Notes under the pieces: generated by a model
What the model saw: only the letters and a program-made list of their open reading frames with translations
What the model was told of the DNA's origin: nothing
The model's database searches: none
Shown here: positions 47,417 to 56,381 of the stretch, piece after piece
How positions within the stretch are numbered: position 1 is the stretch's first letter
How the letters are laid out: each line of letters opens with the position of its first letter
Position numbers and translations under genes: made by a program
IMG/VR virus record: IMGVR_UViG_3300044507_000046
Location: 571-64,570 of that record
Source: a virus
Length of the DNA stretch: 64,000 nt
Reading direction: 5' to 3' (one strand)

Positions 47417-49191
47417 GTCGCTTCGCGGTAGACTTGGATGCGTTGGTGGTGACGCCGCCAGTGGGCAAAGCCTTCGAGCCGTCGGAGCATCCGCGCGGCG
47501 AGCATGGCCGATTTGTCCCCAAGGATGCCGCGACGATTCTGGGCACCAAGGTGGGCGGCCAAGGCGGCAGCAATCCGGGTGGCATCTATCTGGGCACCGA
47601 CGGCATCCGACGCTATGTCAAATTCTACCATGATCCGGTGCAGGCCCACGGCGAAGTCTTGGCCAACCAGTTGTACCGCGACCTCGGGCATCCCGCCTTG
47701 GAGTCACAGACCTTCCCGCATGACGGGAAGACGGCCTATGCTAGTGTGATGCTGGCCGGGAGCCCGAAGCAACTGGGGCAGGTCGGACTGTCGAAGGCCC
47801 GCGCGGACCGTATCCTGAGCGGGTATGCGGCGGACGTGCTCACCGCCAACTGGGATGCGGTCGGTCTCAGCCATGACAATATCCTACTGGCCACCGGGGA
47901 TCGGCCCGTGCGCGTGGACCAAGGCGGGGCCTTCCTGATGCGGGCCAAGGCCGGGCGCAAGCCGGAGGGGCTGCTCAACCAGATCACCGAGTTTGACCAG
48001 TTTGCCAACCCGCACGTCAATCCGAGCTACGCGCAGGTGTTCACGCACGCTCGGACGACGCCCGACAAGCTGGCTGCCTCGCTCCGGGGCCAAGTGGAGC
48101 TGATTCGCAATCTGGCAGAGGCCGACGGGGGCTGGATGCGCTACGTGCAACGGCACACGAAGGGACTGGCCCTGAAGGAGCAGGCCCGCATCGCGGAGAT
48201 GCTGACGGCACGCACCAATTTGCTGGCCGAGCGGGTGGGGCTGCTGGCCAAAGCGGACGACATCGAGAAGGGCAAGCAGCACAAGCCCAAGTACCAGAAG
48301 CCCAAGAGCGGGAAGAAGGGCGGCAACCCGAACCATCTGCCGGCCGGGAGCCCGAAGGGTGGCGAGTTTGCTGCGAAAGGAGAGCAGACCTTTGGGGGCC
48401 CGCGCGACCTGCCAACGGCCATGGTGGAGTGGCGGCATCGGCCTGATCTGATTCCGGAGCCGCTGAATGGGGTGCCTTTCACCCATTGGACCCCGCCGGA
48501 GGATTGGAGCACGGTGCCGGGCCAGCTGCCGAGCCGAGTGAAGGAGCCGCCACTGCCGGAGGCGTACTACAACTACATGGACCCCAAGACCAAGGTCATG
48601 GTCCATGAGCCGAAGATGACGGGCGCGGGCGTGTTGATCCGGGAGCCGGATGGCCGAGTGTGGGTGGTGGAGCCCATGAACCATTACGGCGGCTATGATC
48701 ACACCTTCCCGAAGGGTACGCAGGAGCCCGGCATGACCCTGCAGCAGACGGCCATCAAGGAAGCATGGGAGGAGTCGGGCCTGAAGGTCCGGTTGCTGGG
48801 GCATGCGACGGATGTGGTGCGGGATACCAGCGTGGCCCGCTACTACTGGGCTGTGCGCGAAGCCGGCACGCCCACGGGCTTTGGGGAGGAAACCTTCAGC
48901 GTGAAGCTGACCCCGCCGGAGCAATTGCCCCGCTACTTGAACCGGGAGCGGGACCGAGGCATCGCCACGCAGCATCTTGGGGTCGAGTTCCCGCCGCCCC
49001 CGCCCGCGCCCAAGTACGTGCCGGGCCCGTCATCTCATCAGTTCAAGCTGCCGTGGGCGCCGAAGAAGGGCCCACAGGGCGGCGGGGCCGGGCAGCAGTC
49101 CCTCATGGATCAGCTCAAGGGCCATGGACCCAAGAAGCCGTCCGCGCCCTCCCTCTGGGACAAGTTCAAGCACCGGAATTGGTGGGACTGA
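47413..49191 (+). CDS. HPR-motif protein: HipA/PI-kinase-like domain fused to a Nudix hydrolase
   Basis: GGSNPGG, YVKF, EVLANQLY, NWDAVG..DNIL, RVDQGGAF; Nudix box FPKGTQEPGMTLQQTAIKEAWEESGL. Confidence 0.75.
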   Translation: MSRFAVDLDALVVTPPVGKAFEPSEHPRGEHGRFVPKDAATILGTKVGGQGGSNPGGIYLGTDGIRRYVKFYHDPVQAHGEVLANQLYRDLGHPALESQTFPHDGKTAYASVMLAGSPKQLGQVGLSKARADRILSGYAADVLTANWDAVGLSHDNILLATGDRPVRVDQGGAFLMRAKAGRKPEGLLNQITEFDQFANPHVNPSYAQVFTHARTTPDKLAASLRGQVELIRNLAEADGGWMRYVQRHTKGLALKEQARIAEMLTARTNLLAERVGLLAKADDIEKGKQHKPKYQKPKSGKKGGNPNHLPAGSPKGGEFAAKGEQTFGGPRDLPTAMVEWRHRPDLIPEPLNGVPFTHWTPPEDWSTVPGQLPSRVKEPPLPEAYYNYMDPKTKVMVHEPKMTGAGVLIREPDGRVWVVEPMNHYGGYDHTFPKGTQEPGMTLQQTAIKEAWEESGLKVRLLGHATDVVRDTSVARYYWAVREAGTPTGFGEETFSVKLTPPEQLPRYLNRERDRGIATQHLGVEFPPPPPAPKYVPGPSSHQFKLPWAPKKGPQGGGAGQQSLMDQLKGHGPKKPSAPSLWDKFKHRNWWD

Positions 49192-51062
49192 TGGCTGCCC
49201 TTTTTGAGATGCTGCGGAAGACGGCCAAGCAGTATTACTTCCACCATGCCAGTGGCTCATGGAAGTATCTCAATCCTGACAGCCCCCATGTGAAGGGGGC
49301 CTTGGCCTCGGGCCTGTTGTCCTCCAAGGCCTACATTGATGGTCAGCATCTGACGTATGGGGAGTGGCAGCATCATCAGGCCATGAACACTCCCCCCTCC
49401 TCGGGGCCCGGGAGTCCGGATGATCCGGATTTTAATGCGCAGCATCCGCGCGTCCCGGCTGGGAGCCCGAAGGGTGGGGAGTTTGCCCCGAAGGGTGGCG
49501 GGGCTCCCACGCTGTCTCTCAAGCCTGATTTGCCTGATCCTCCCACGCACTTGTCTACGGACAAGAGTGTGCACGCCCGACTGCTCAAGATGAAAGCAGC
49601 GGCCGAGCAGAGCCGGCAGATGCTTCATGACACTCCAACCATGAAGCTGGAGGAAGCCTTGACCCCAGTGAATGCGGCCAAGGTGGCGGAGTTCCGCAAG
49701 GCTGAGGTCTATTATCGCCAACAGGTCAAAGACTATCTCGCCAAGTACCAAGCGGCCAGTCAGCAGTATGATGTGGCCCATGGTGCCTTGAATGTGACGG
49801 CAGGGGCCGACTCCTTGGTGCCAGATTGGCATACCAAGCCCACCAATCTGGAAGGGATGTGGTATGAGACCACCGCCATGAAGGATGCGAAGGTGGCCTT
49901 TGACACCAAGGCCAAGCTGGCCTTGATTCCGGAGCCTATCCCGCCCGTCATGCCGGGCGGCACCACCGTCAAGGCCATTTGGGAAAAGAACAAGGTGTTT
50001 GAACTGCAGTCGAAGTCGGCCGGCAAGAATGCATTGCAGAATTTGTTGGCCGTCTCGAATCAGAAGAAGATGCACGGGCCCCTCAAGCAGTATTACCAAG
50101 AGCTGCTGGCCTATCATACCGCGCTGGAGCAAGGCGGCAAGGCCGCCCCGCAGTCTGGGCTCACTCCTGACGTCATCACCTTCACTCCGAAGACGGGGCC
50201 TGCCTCGAAGCTGGCGGAGGCCGTCCAAGCCAAGAAGCCGAAGGTGCTGCCGCCGTTGCCGGAGCCGCCGCAGGCTGATACCTCCGGCAAGTACAAGCCC
50301 GAAGACATTGCGCTGTTCCATAAGAAGATTGCCATGTTGCAACAGGCCGCGCTCGGGAAGAATCCCCTCAGCGCGGTGGATGCGGTGCCGGCCGGAGCCT
50401 CCGTCATCAATGCCTACAAGGCCAAGATCATCGGATGGATCGAAGTCAACACCGAAGTCCCTGATGCCATTGTCGGGGACACGCTCTCCACCTACCAACT
50501 GGTGGGGGAGGTCGGGGCCATCCCGGAGTGGAAGGCTTATCCGCACGGCAGCAATAGCATGTTTAATGCGGGCTCAGCCGCCTATCGGCAACAATTGCCC
50601 TCGCAGCAGGGCTATGCCTTGGGCAATTACAAGGGGTCGGGGTATCATGCCCTGAATGCGCACCGGTTCAACCCGGGAGCCAAGCTGCCTACGGACCACG
50701 TGTATTTGGACAAGGCCTTGGCGGGCTATGCCATTGATCGCAATGTGCTGCTGCGCCGCAATATTGGGTCCCCGGTCTTGGCCAAGATTGCCCCCAGCTT
50801 GGTAGGGAAGGTGGTGGAAGACCCGGCCTACATGTCTACCTCCTTGGACGGGGGATTTGGCTCAGAGCGCAATGTCCATATCTATCTGAATGCGCCCAAG
50901 GGCACCTTGGGGGTGCATTACAGCTCCGAGCATGAATGGATCCTGCCACGCAAGACTCGGTGGCTGGTGCACAAGGTGGAGAAGGATGGGACCGGAGCCG
51001 GGAGCACTCGGATTTATGCCACGATTCTGCCCCCGAACCAGCAAGAAGGAATCCCCAAATGA
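49191..51062 (+). CDS. HPR-motif protein with C-terminal ADP-ribosyltransferase 3
   Basis: FNAQHPRVPAGSPKGGEFAPKG; C-terminal YKGSGYHALN, LLRR, AYMSTS, EHEWILP. Confidence 0.78.
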   Translation: MAALFEMLRKTAKQYYFHHASGSWKYLNPDSPHVKGALASGLLSSKAYIDGQHLTYGEWQHHQAMNTPPSSGPGSPDDPDFNAQHPRVPAGSPKGGEFAPKGGGAPTLSLKPDLPDPPTHLSTDKSVHARLLKMKAAAEQSRQMLHDTPTMKLEEALTPVNAAKVAEFRKAEVYYRQQVKDYLAKYQAASQQYDVAHGALNVTAGADSLVPDWHTKPTNLEGMWYETTAMKDAKVAFDTKAKLALIPEPIPPVMPGGTTVKAIWEKNKVFELQSKSAGKNALQNLLAVSNQKKMHGPLKQYYQELLAYHTALEQGGKAAPQSGLTPDVITFTPKTGPASKLAEAVQAKKPKVLPPLPEPPQADTSGKYKPEDIALFHKKIAMLQQAALGKNPLSAVDAVPAGASVINAYKAKIIGWIEVNTEVPDAIVGDTLSTYQLVGEVGAIPEWKAYPHGSNSMFNAGSAAYRQQLPSQQGYALGNYKGSGYHALNAHRFNPGAKLPTDHVYLDKALAGYAIDRNVLLRRNIGSPVLAKIAPSLVGKVVEDPAYMSTSLDGGFGSERNVHIYLNAPKGTLGVHYSSEHEWILPRKTRWLVHKVEKDGTGAGSTRIYATILPPNQQEGIPK

Positions 51063-51886
51063 CGATGCCAATGAGTCCCGAGGATCGGCAGACCCGGGAG
51101 GAGGAGGAGGCGGCCGGCATCACGGCATGGCTCGCGCGGGAAGCCATGGCCCCGCCGCAGCCGCAGCAACTCGGCAATGAGTTCATCAAGACCGTCTTCC
51201 AGCTCACGGCCGTGGCCTTGCGGACGGCCGACCGGGACGTGACGCTGGAGGCGGATGTGGAGGTGGCCGCGCTCGAAGCGCAGCAGGCATTGGTGGCCTC
51301 GGGCGTACCGGCAGCCCGCGCCTCGGCCTTTACGGATGCGGTGATCACTATCGCGGCCACCAGTCTGGGGGCTTCGGCCGAGTCAATTCGGGCGCTGTTG
51401 GGCCCAGTCCTGCAAGGGCTCATCGAGCCCGGAAATGGAGCCCCCATGGGCATTCCGCTGGAAGTGGGCGTGACCAAGCTCGATCTGGACCAGCAACTCG
51501 TGACGGGCTGGGCCAGTGTCATTGAGAATCCTGATGGCTCTCCGCTCGAAGATCACCAAGGCGACATCATCACCGAGCAAGACCTCATGGAAGCGGCCCA
51601 TGCCTTCATGAAGGAGCGGGGCGCGGGCGAGATGCACCGTCGGGTGGAAGGGGTCGGGACGGTGGTAGAGTCGGTGGTGGTGACTAAGGCCCTGAAGCAA
51701 GCCTTGGGCCTGCCCGCCAGTACGCCGACGGGGTGGCTGGTCACCATCAAGGTGGATGACCCGGCCGTCTGGGCCAAGGTCCGGAGCGGGGAGTATGCCA
51801 TGCTCAGTGTTGGGGGCACGGGCACCCGGGAACCGTGGCTGGCCCCGGTGACCAAGTCATTGTTTGATCACCTGCGGAGCCGGTGA
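51059..51886 (+). CDS. XkdF-like prohead protease
   Basis: QQLVTGWASV, DHQGDII, GEMH, VVES, GWLV, W.KV.SGEY.MLSVGG. Confidence 0.82.
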   Translation: MTMPMSPEDRQTREEEEAAGITAWLAREAMAPPQPQQLGNEFIKTVFQLTAVALRTADRDVTLEADVEVAALEAQQALVASGVPAARASAFTDAVITIAATSLGASAESIRALLGPVLQGLIEPGNGAPMGIPLEVGVTKLDLDQQLVTGWASVIENPDGSPLEDHQGDIITEQDLMEAAHAFMKERGAGEMHRRVEGVGTVVESVVVTKALKQALGLPASTPTGWLVTIKVDDPAVWAKVRSGEYAMLSVGGTGTREPWLAPVTKSLFDHLRSR

Positions 51887-51923
51887 AATGTCCTCATTTT
51901 TCATCACTCATTAGGTTTCTTCT

Positions 51924-52802
51924 ATGGCCACTCGCCTGCGCAAGTTGAATCTGAAGGAAATCAGCCTCGTGAAACGCGGGGCCAATCCCGGTGCTCGCAT
52001 CGTTCTGCTCAAGTCCATGGAGGATGACAATTCGATGAATCCCCTGACCCGTTTTCTCAAGTCGATGCGTGAGGCGCTGGTGGCTGTGGCGCCGGAGCAG
52101 GAGGAAGCCATCGACAAGTCGCTGAGTGAGGCGGCGCAAGCCCTCAGCGAGCCCATGCCTGATGAGCTGGGCAAGAGCAATGCCGGCAAGGTCAATGCCA
52201 AGCGTGGCCTCGCGGCCAAGCCGGGCGGTGACAATGGTGAGCCGCTGGGCGCGGAAGGCGGCGAGCAGGAAGGCGCCACGACGGATGATGATGAGGGCAA
52301 CTCTCCCAAGAAAGGGCTGGCCAAGATGATGAAGACCGCAGAGGGGGCCACCCCCGATCAGGTGGCGCAGATCAACAAGGCGGAACAGGAGATCATCCGC
52401 GTCACCAAGATTGCCGAGGAGGCCGTGGCCAAGGCGGCAGCCCTCGAAGCCCGGGAAACCGAGCGCCTCAACATCGCCAAGGCCAGCGACGTGCTGGGCG
52501 ACGTGCCCGGGGCCACTCCGGTGGAGTTCGCCAAGGTCTGGGCCAAGCTCGATGACGCGGAGAAGGAAGTGCTGGAGAAGGTGATGAAGGCGGCCAACGC
52601 GGCCGTGGAGACGGCCCTCACCATCGAGCTGGGCAGTGCCATCGGCCGCCCGGCCTCCGTCAGCGAGAAGCTGGATCACGTGGCCAAGGAGCTGATCAAG
52701 CAGTTCCCCAACCTCACGATGCCGCAGGCCATCACCAAGGCGATGGAAATTGATCCGTCGCTCTACCCTGAGTCGGCCCCCGTGGCGGCCGCTCGCCACT
52801 AA
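51924..52802 (+). CDS. Capsid scaffolding protein
   Basis: EISLVKRGANPGA N-terminus; acidic, helical, many K-[A/S] sites; lies between protease and capsid. Confidence 0.75.
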   Translation: MATRLRKLNLKEISLVKRGANPGARIVLLKSMEDDNSMNPLTRFLKSMREALVAVAPEQEEAIDKSLSEAAQALSEPMPDELGKSNAGKVNAKRGLAAKPGGDNGEPLGAEGGEQEGATTDDDEGNSPKKGLAKMMKTAEGATPDQVAQINKAEQEIIRVTKIAEEAVAKAAALEARETERLNIAKASDVLGDVPGATPVEFAKVWAKLDDAEKEVLEKVMKAANAAVETALTIELGSAIGRPASVSEKLDHVAKELIKQFPNLTMPQAITKAMEIDPSLYPESAPVAAARH

Positions 52803-52817
52803 CAAGGAGCTGCCACC

Positions 52818-53192
52818 ATGGCGACTGAACAGCGCAGTTTCAACGTCGGCTCCATTGAGGCGGCCGCAGACCTCAGCGCCCTGCAGTACCGGGCGGTGAA
52901 GATGTCTTCGACTGGCCTCACCCCCTGCACCGTCGCGGGCGAGAAGATTGCCGGCGTCAGCCAGAACAAGCCCATCACCGGTCAGGTGGTGGATCTGGCG
53001 GTGGTCGGGGTCACCAAGTTTGTCGCGGGCGCGGCCGTCGCGCGTGGCGCCCTCGTCATGACGGATACGGCCGGGCGCGTCATCACCTCCGCCACCGCCG
53101 GCAGCACGATCATCGGATGGGCCCTCGAAGCCGCTGGCGCTGCCGGCGACATCATCACTGTCCTTCTCAACCCCGCCATGGGCGTGGTCTAA
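52818..53192 (+). CDS. Capsid cement/decoration protein (DUF2190-like)
   Basis: GV.QN...G...V..GAAV..G..V..D..GR......G.ALEAA..AGDII.V pattern. Confidence 0.82.
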   Translation: MATEQRSFNVGSIEAAADLSALQYRAVKMSSTGLTPCTVAGEKIAGVSQNKPITGQVVDLAVVGVTKFVAGAAVARGALVMTDTAGRVITSATAGSTIIGWALEAAGAAGDIITVLLNPAMGVV

Positions 53193-53212
53193 CCTCAAGG
53201 AGCTGATCCAAC

Positions 53213-54163
53213 ATGCCGCAGCCGACTCCTGGCGACGCCCACGTCAACGTACCGCTGACCAACATCAGCGTCGCGTTCCTGCAGAGTGCGCAGGGTTTCG
53301 TGGCCGACGATGTGTTCCCCGTGGTTCCGGTGGAACAGCAGAGCAACCTGTACTACCAGTTCACCAAGGAAGACTTCTTCCGGGATGAGGCGAAGCTCCG
53401 CGCCCCGGCCACGGAGTCGGCCGGGGGTGGCTTCACGCTGAGCACGGCATCCTACAGTGCCAACGTGGAAGCCTTCCACTCGGACATCGATGACCAGCTC
53501 CGCGCCAACGCGGACAGCATCCTCAGCCTCGACCGCGCGGCCACCGAGCTGGTGACGCACAAGCTGATGATCCGCCGGGAACGGCGCTGGATGTCGTCGT
53601 TCTTCACCACCGGCGTCTGGGGCACCGACATCACCCCGGGCACCCTCTGGAGCGTGTCGGCCACTGCCGATCCGCGCAAGGATGTCGAGACGGGCAAGAT
53701 GGCCATTCAGGCCGCCACCGGCTTCAAGCCCAACACCCTCGTGCTCGGCACCCGGGTGCTCAGTGCCCTCCGGTACTGCCAGCAGATCATCGACCAGTTC
53801 AAGTACACGTCGGCCGATTCCATCAACACCGACATGCTGGCGGGCTTCTTCGACATCGACCGCATCATCGTCACCGGCGCGGTCTGGACCAACGCGGTGG
53901 AAGGCAATGCGACGCAGACCACCGACTTCATCGGCGGCAAGCACGCGCTGCTCTGCTACAGCGCCCCGGCCCCGAGCCTGATGGCGCCGTCGGCCGGGTA
54001 CACCTTCGCGTGGCGCGGCTACACCGGGGCCATCAACGGCCTCCGCATCAAGAAGCTGCGGGCCGATCTGGCCGCTGCTGACCGCATCGAGGGCGAGATG
54101 GCCTATGACATGAAGAAGGTCGCGGCCTCCCTCGGCTACTTCTTCAACGGCGCGGTGGCCTAA
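53213..54163 (+). CDS. Major capsid protein
   Basis: 316 aa; PLTNISVAF, FVADDVFPVVPV, PNTLVLG, PSAGYTF; strong RBS and codon bias. Confidence 0.9.
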   Translation: MPQPTPGDAHVNVPLTNISVAFLQSAQGFVADDVFPVVPVEQQSNLYYQFTKEDFFRDEAKLRAPATESAGGGFTLSTASYSANVEAFHSDIDDQLRANADSILSLDRAATELVTHKLMIRRERRWMSSFFTTGVWGTDITPGTLWSVSATADPRKDVETGKMAIQAATGFKPNTLVLGTRVLSALRYCQQIIDQFKYTSADSINTDMLAGFFDIDRIIVTGAVWTNAVEGNATQTTDFIGGKHALLCYSAPAPSLMAPSAGYTFAWRGYTGAINGLRIKKLRADLAAADRIEGEMAYDMKKVAASLGYFFNGAVA

Positions 54164-54191
54164 AGCCCCGCGCCCCCACTCGGGGGTTGGT

Positions 54192-54512
54192 ATGACGTCA
54201 CTGGTAGCCAAGCGGGAGTTCGGGGCCTTTCTCGGCAAGGAGGGGGAAGGCCGAGTGTATTACCCCGGCGATGTGATTCCGGAGGAAGTCTACACCCAGT
54301 GGCCGGTCGGCACGCTCGACAATCGCCTGTTCAGTGGCGATGCGGGTTTCGAGGTGGATGGCGTGCCGACCGGGGATGCGCAGGCCGCAGCCGACATGCT
54401 GCGGGACATGGATGCGAAGCTGTCGGCGGCACTGGCCAATCTGGCCACCGCCAATGCTCGCATTGCCGAGCTGGAAGCGGCCGTAGCGGAGCCGAGCAGC
54501 AAGAAGAAGTAA
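54192..54512 (+). CDS. Hypothetical head-associated protein
   Basis: Follows the MCP; C-terminal coiled coil. Confidence 0.65.
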   Translation: MTSLVAKREFGAFLGKEGEGRVYYPGDVIPEEVYTQWPVGTLDNRLFSGDAGFEVDGVPTGDAQAAADMLRDMDAKLSAALANLATANARIAELEAAVAEPSSKKK

Positions 54513-54539
54513 GCAGCCCCTCAACGGGAGCGTGATGCC

Positions 54540-55112
54540 GTGGCCTTCGTGGTAGAGGATGGGACCGGGCTTTCTAATGCCACCAGCCTCATCGCGGTGG
54601 CCACGGCTGTTACATTCTGGACCGACCGTGACCCCAGCGGGACGGGCGCGGCCTTTCTCGCTCTAGCAACCTCTGATCAACAGTTGTGTTGTGTGCGGGC
54701 CAGCGATTATCTGCGGAATGCGCGCCGGTACAGCCATTGGTCAGGGCAGAAGCTGAGCTATGCGCAGCGGATGCCTTTCCCGCGCACGGGAGCCTATGAG
54801 CGGTACGGGCAAGCGGTCCCGAGCACCGTGGTGCCGTGGCAGGTGGCGGATGCGGTCTGCTACTTGGCCCCGCTGGCGCTGGCAGGGCCACTCGAAGGCG
54901 TGCTGGCGCATGGCGGCTACATCACTCAAGAATCGGTCGGCACCCTCCACGTGAGCTACGGGCCCAAGGCCACAGTGGAGTCCGTCATCCAATTTGTGGA
55001 CGGGATTCTGTTGTCCCTGCTGCGGCCGGATGTGGTGCTGGCGCCGGTGACCTATGAGGACCCGGACATCCCGGATGCCTACACGGACCTTCGGTTTGAG
55101 GATCAGACCTGA
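54540..55112 (+). CDS. Head-tail adaptor
   Basis: FVVEDGTGLSNATS, Q.MPFPR, VPWQV..A, ESVG.L.VSY. Confidence 0.8.
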   Translation: MAFVVEDGTGLSNATSLIAVATAVTFWTDRDPSGTGAAFLALATSDQQLCCVRASDYLRNARRYSHWSGQKLSYAQRMPFPRTGAYERYGQAVPSTVVPWQVADAVCYLAPLALAGPLEGVLAHGGYITQESVGTLHVSYGPKATVESVIQFVDGILLSLLRPDVVLAPVTYEDPDIPDAYTDLRFEDQT

Positions 55113-55489
55113 TGGGCGTGTATGATGGCTTCGTGGACATGGCGGAGCGGATGATCCGGGAGAAGGGCCGCGCAGTGACGCTGATCCGTCGGAGCGACGC
55201 GGCCGACGCGGCCAATCTGGTGGCCGATACTCCGACCACAACGGATGACAAGGATTATCCCATCTGGGGCGTAGTGTCGGAGTATCGGCGGACCAGTGAT
55301 GGCGTGGACCCGGGGACGCTGACGGTGGCTTACAGCCGCAGCATCATGGTGGCAGCGAAAGGATTGGCCATTGTCCCGATGGTCAGTGATATGATCCGGA
55401 TGGACGGGGGCTTGTGGTCGGTGGTCAGTGTGATTCCGACGCAGCCCGGGGAGCAAGCCATCATGTATGATGTCCGGGTGACGACGTGA
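55112..55489 (+). CDS. Head closure/stopper protein
   Basis: Position and size; RMIREKGR.VTL N-terminus. Confidence 0.7.
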   Translation: MGVYDGFVDMAERMIREKGRAVTLIRRSDAADAANLVADTPTTTDDKDYPIWGVVSEYRRTSDGVDPGTLTVAYSRSIMVAAKGLAIVPMVSDMIRMDGGLWSVVSVIPTQPGEQAIMYDVRVTT

Positions 55490-55941
55490 GCACGGCCTCT
55501 GACTCCCTCGGGGAGTTCAATGCGGTGCTGGATGACTTCATGGCCAAGGAACTCGGGCCCAAGCTCGATGATGTCATTCGCAAGTTTGCCTTCGTCATCG
55601 CTGAGAACATCGTGGTGGGCGGCGAAGTATGCAGCGGCACCCCGGTAGATACCAACTTTGCCCGGGCCAGTTGGGTAGTCGGATTGGGCACTGAGCCCGG
55701 GCCGCGTTTCAAGGGCGCACAGGGCACCAAAGGCAAGCAGCACTATGCCACTCCGGACTTGGCCCCGCAATTGCTGGAGATGAAAGCCGGGGAGGTGTTG
55801 TACCTGTTGAACTATGCCGGCTACATCCAGTTTTTGGAGTGGGGCTGGAGCCAGCAGGCCCCCTACGGCATGGTGGCCATCACCCTTGAGTCGGCGCAGC
55901 TGTTGCTGGATCGAGTGGTGAAGGAAGCGAAGGCGGCATGA
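55486..55941 (+). CDS. HK97 gp10-like neck/tail completion protein
   Basis: TPVDTNFARASW, Y...LEWGWSQQAP.GMV. Confidence 0.8.
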   Translation: MSTASDSLGEFNAVLDDFMAKELGPKLDDVIRKFAFVIAENIVVGGEVCSGTPVDTNFARASWVVGLGTEPGPRFKGAQGTKGKQHYATPDLAPQLLEMKAGEVLYLLNYAGYIQFLEWGWSQQAPYGMVAITLESAQLLLDRVVKEAKAA

Positions 55942-56369
55942 TCGGGGCTGCGTTGCTCCACAGCAATGTGCGAGCGGCGTTGCGGGAGCGGCTGGTGACG
56001 GTGGTGCCCGCCGCCATCATTGCGGCGCAGGGCCGGGTGTTCACCCCGCCGAATCCGACGTTGCCATGGTTGCGGGAGACGCTCCAACCTATGGCCTCGG
56101 AGGTAGGGACGCTGGGCCCGGGGGCGCGGATTCGTCACGAAGGGATATGGTTTTTGGAATACTTCCATCCCATCAAGCAAGGGATGGCAGCAGCCGATAA
56201 GGATGCGGGGGTGTTGCTGGATTTGTTTCCGCCAGCCTTGGTGTTGTCGCACGGGGGCCAGTATGTGACCATCCGACGCACTACCCGCCAGCAGGAGCGG
56301 CAAGAAGTTGACGTCATGATGACGCCAATCCGGGTGCGGTGGTTTGCCGACACCTTCAACACCATCTGA
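55938..56369 (+). CDS. Tail terminator protein
   Basis: F.PP...PWLR pattern; directly before the tail tube gene. Confidence 0.7.
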   Translation: MIGAALLHSNVRAALRERLVTVVPAAIIAAQGRVFTPPNPTLPWLRETLQPMASEVGTLGPGARIRHEGIWFLEYFHPIKQGMAAADKDAGVLLDLFPPALVLSHGGQYVTIRRTTRQQERQEVDVMMTPIRVRWFADTFNTI

Positions 56370-56381
56370 GGAGAGTGCCCC

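Noticed and set aside
48765..49190. ORF-track N-terminal extensions (also 4538, 15602, 34660, 36536, 39598, 41516)
   Set aside because: They overlap upstream genes; downstream starts with an RBS or stop-start coupling are more plausible
45894..51062. Classical toxin-antitoxin or MuF toxin-immunity pairs
   Set aside because: MuF ends right after PNCRC and no small cognate immunity ORFs lie between the enzyme genes
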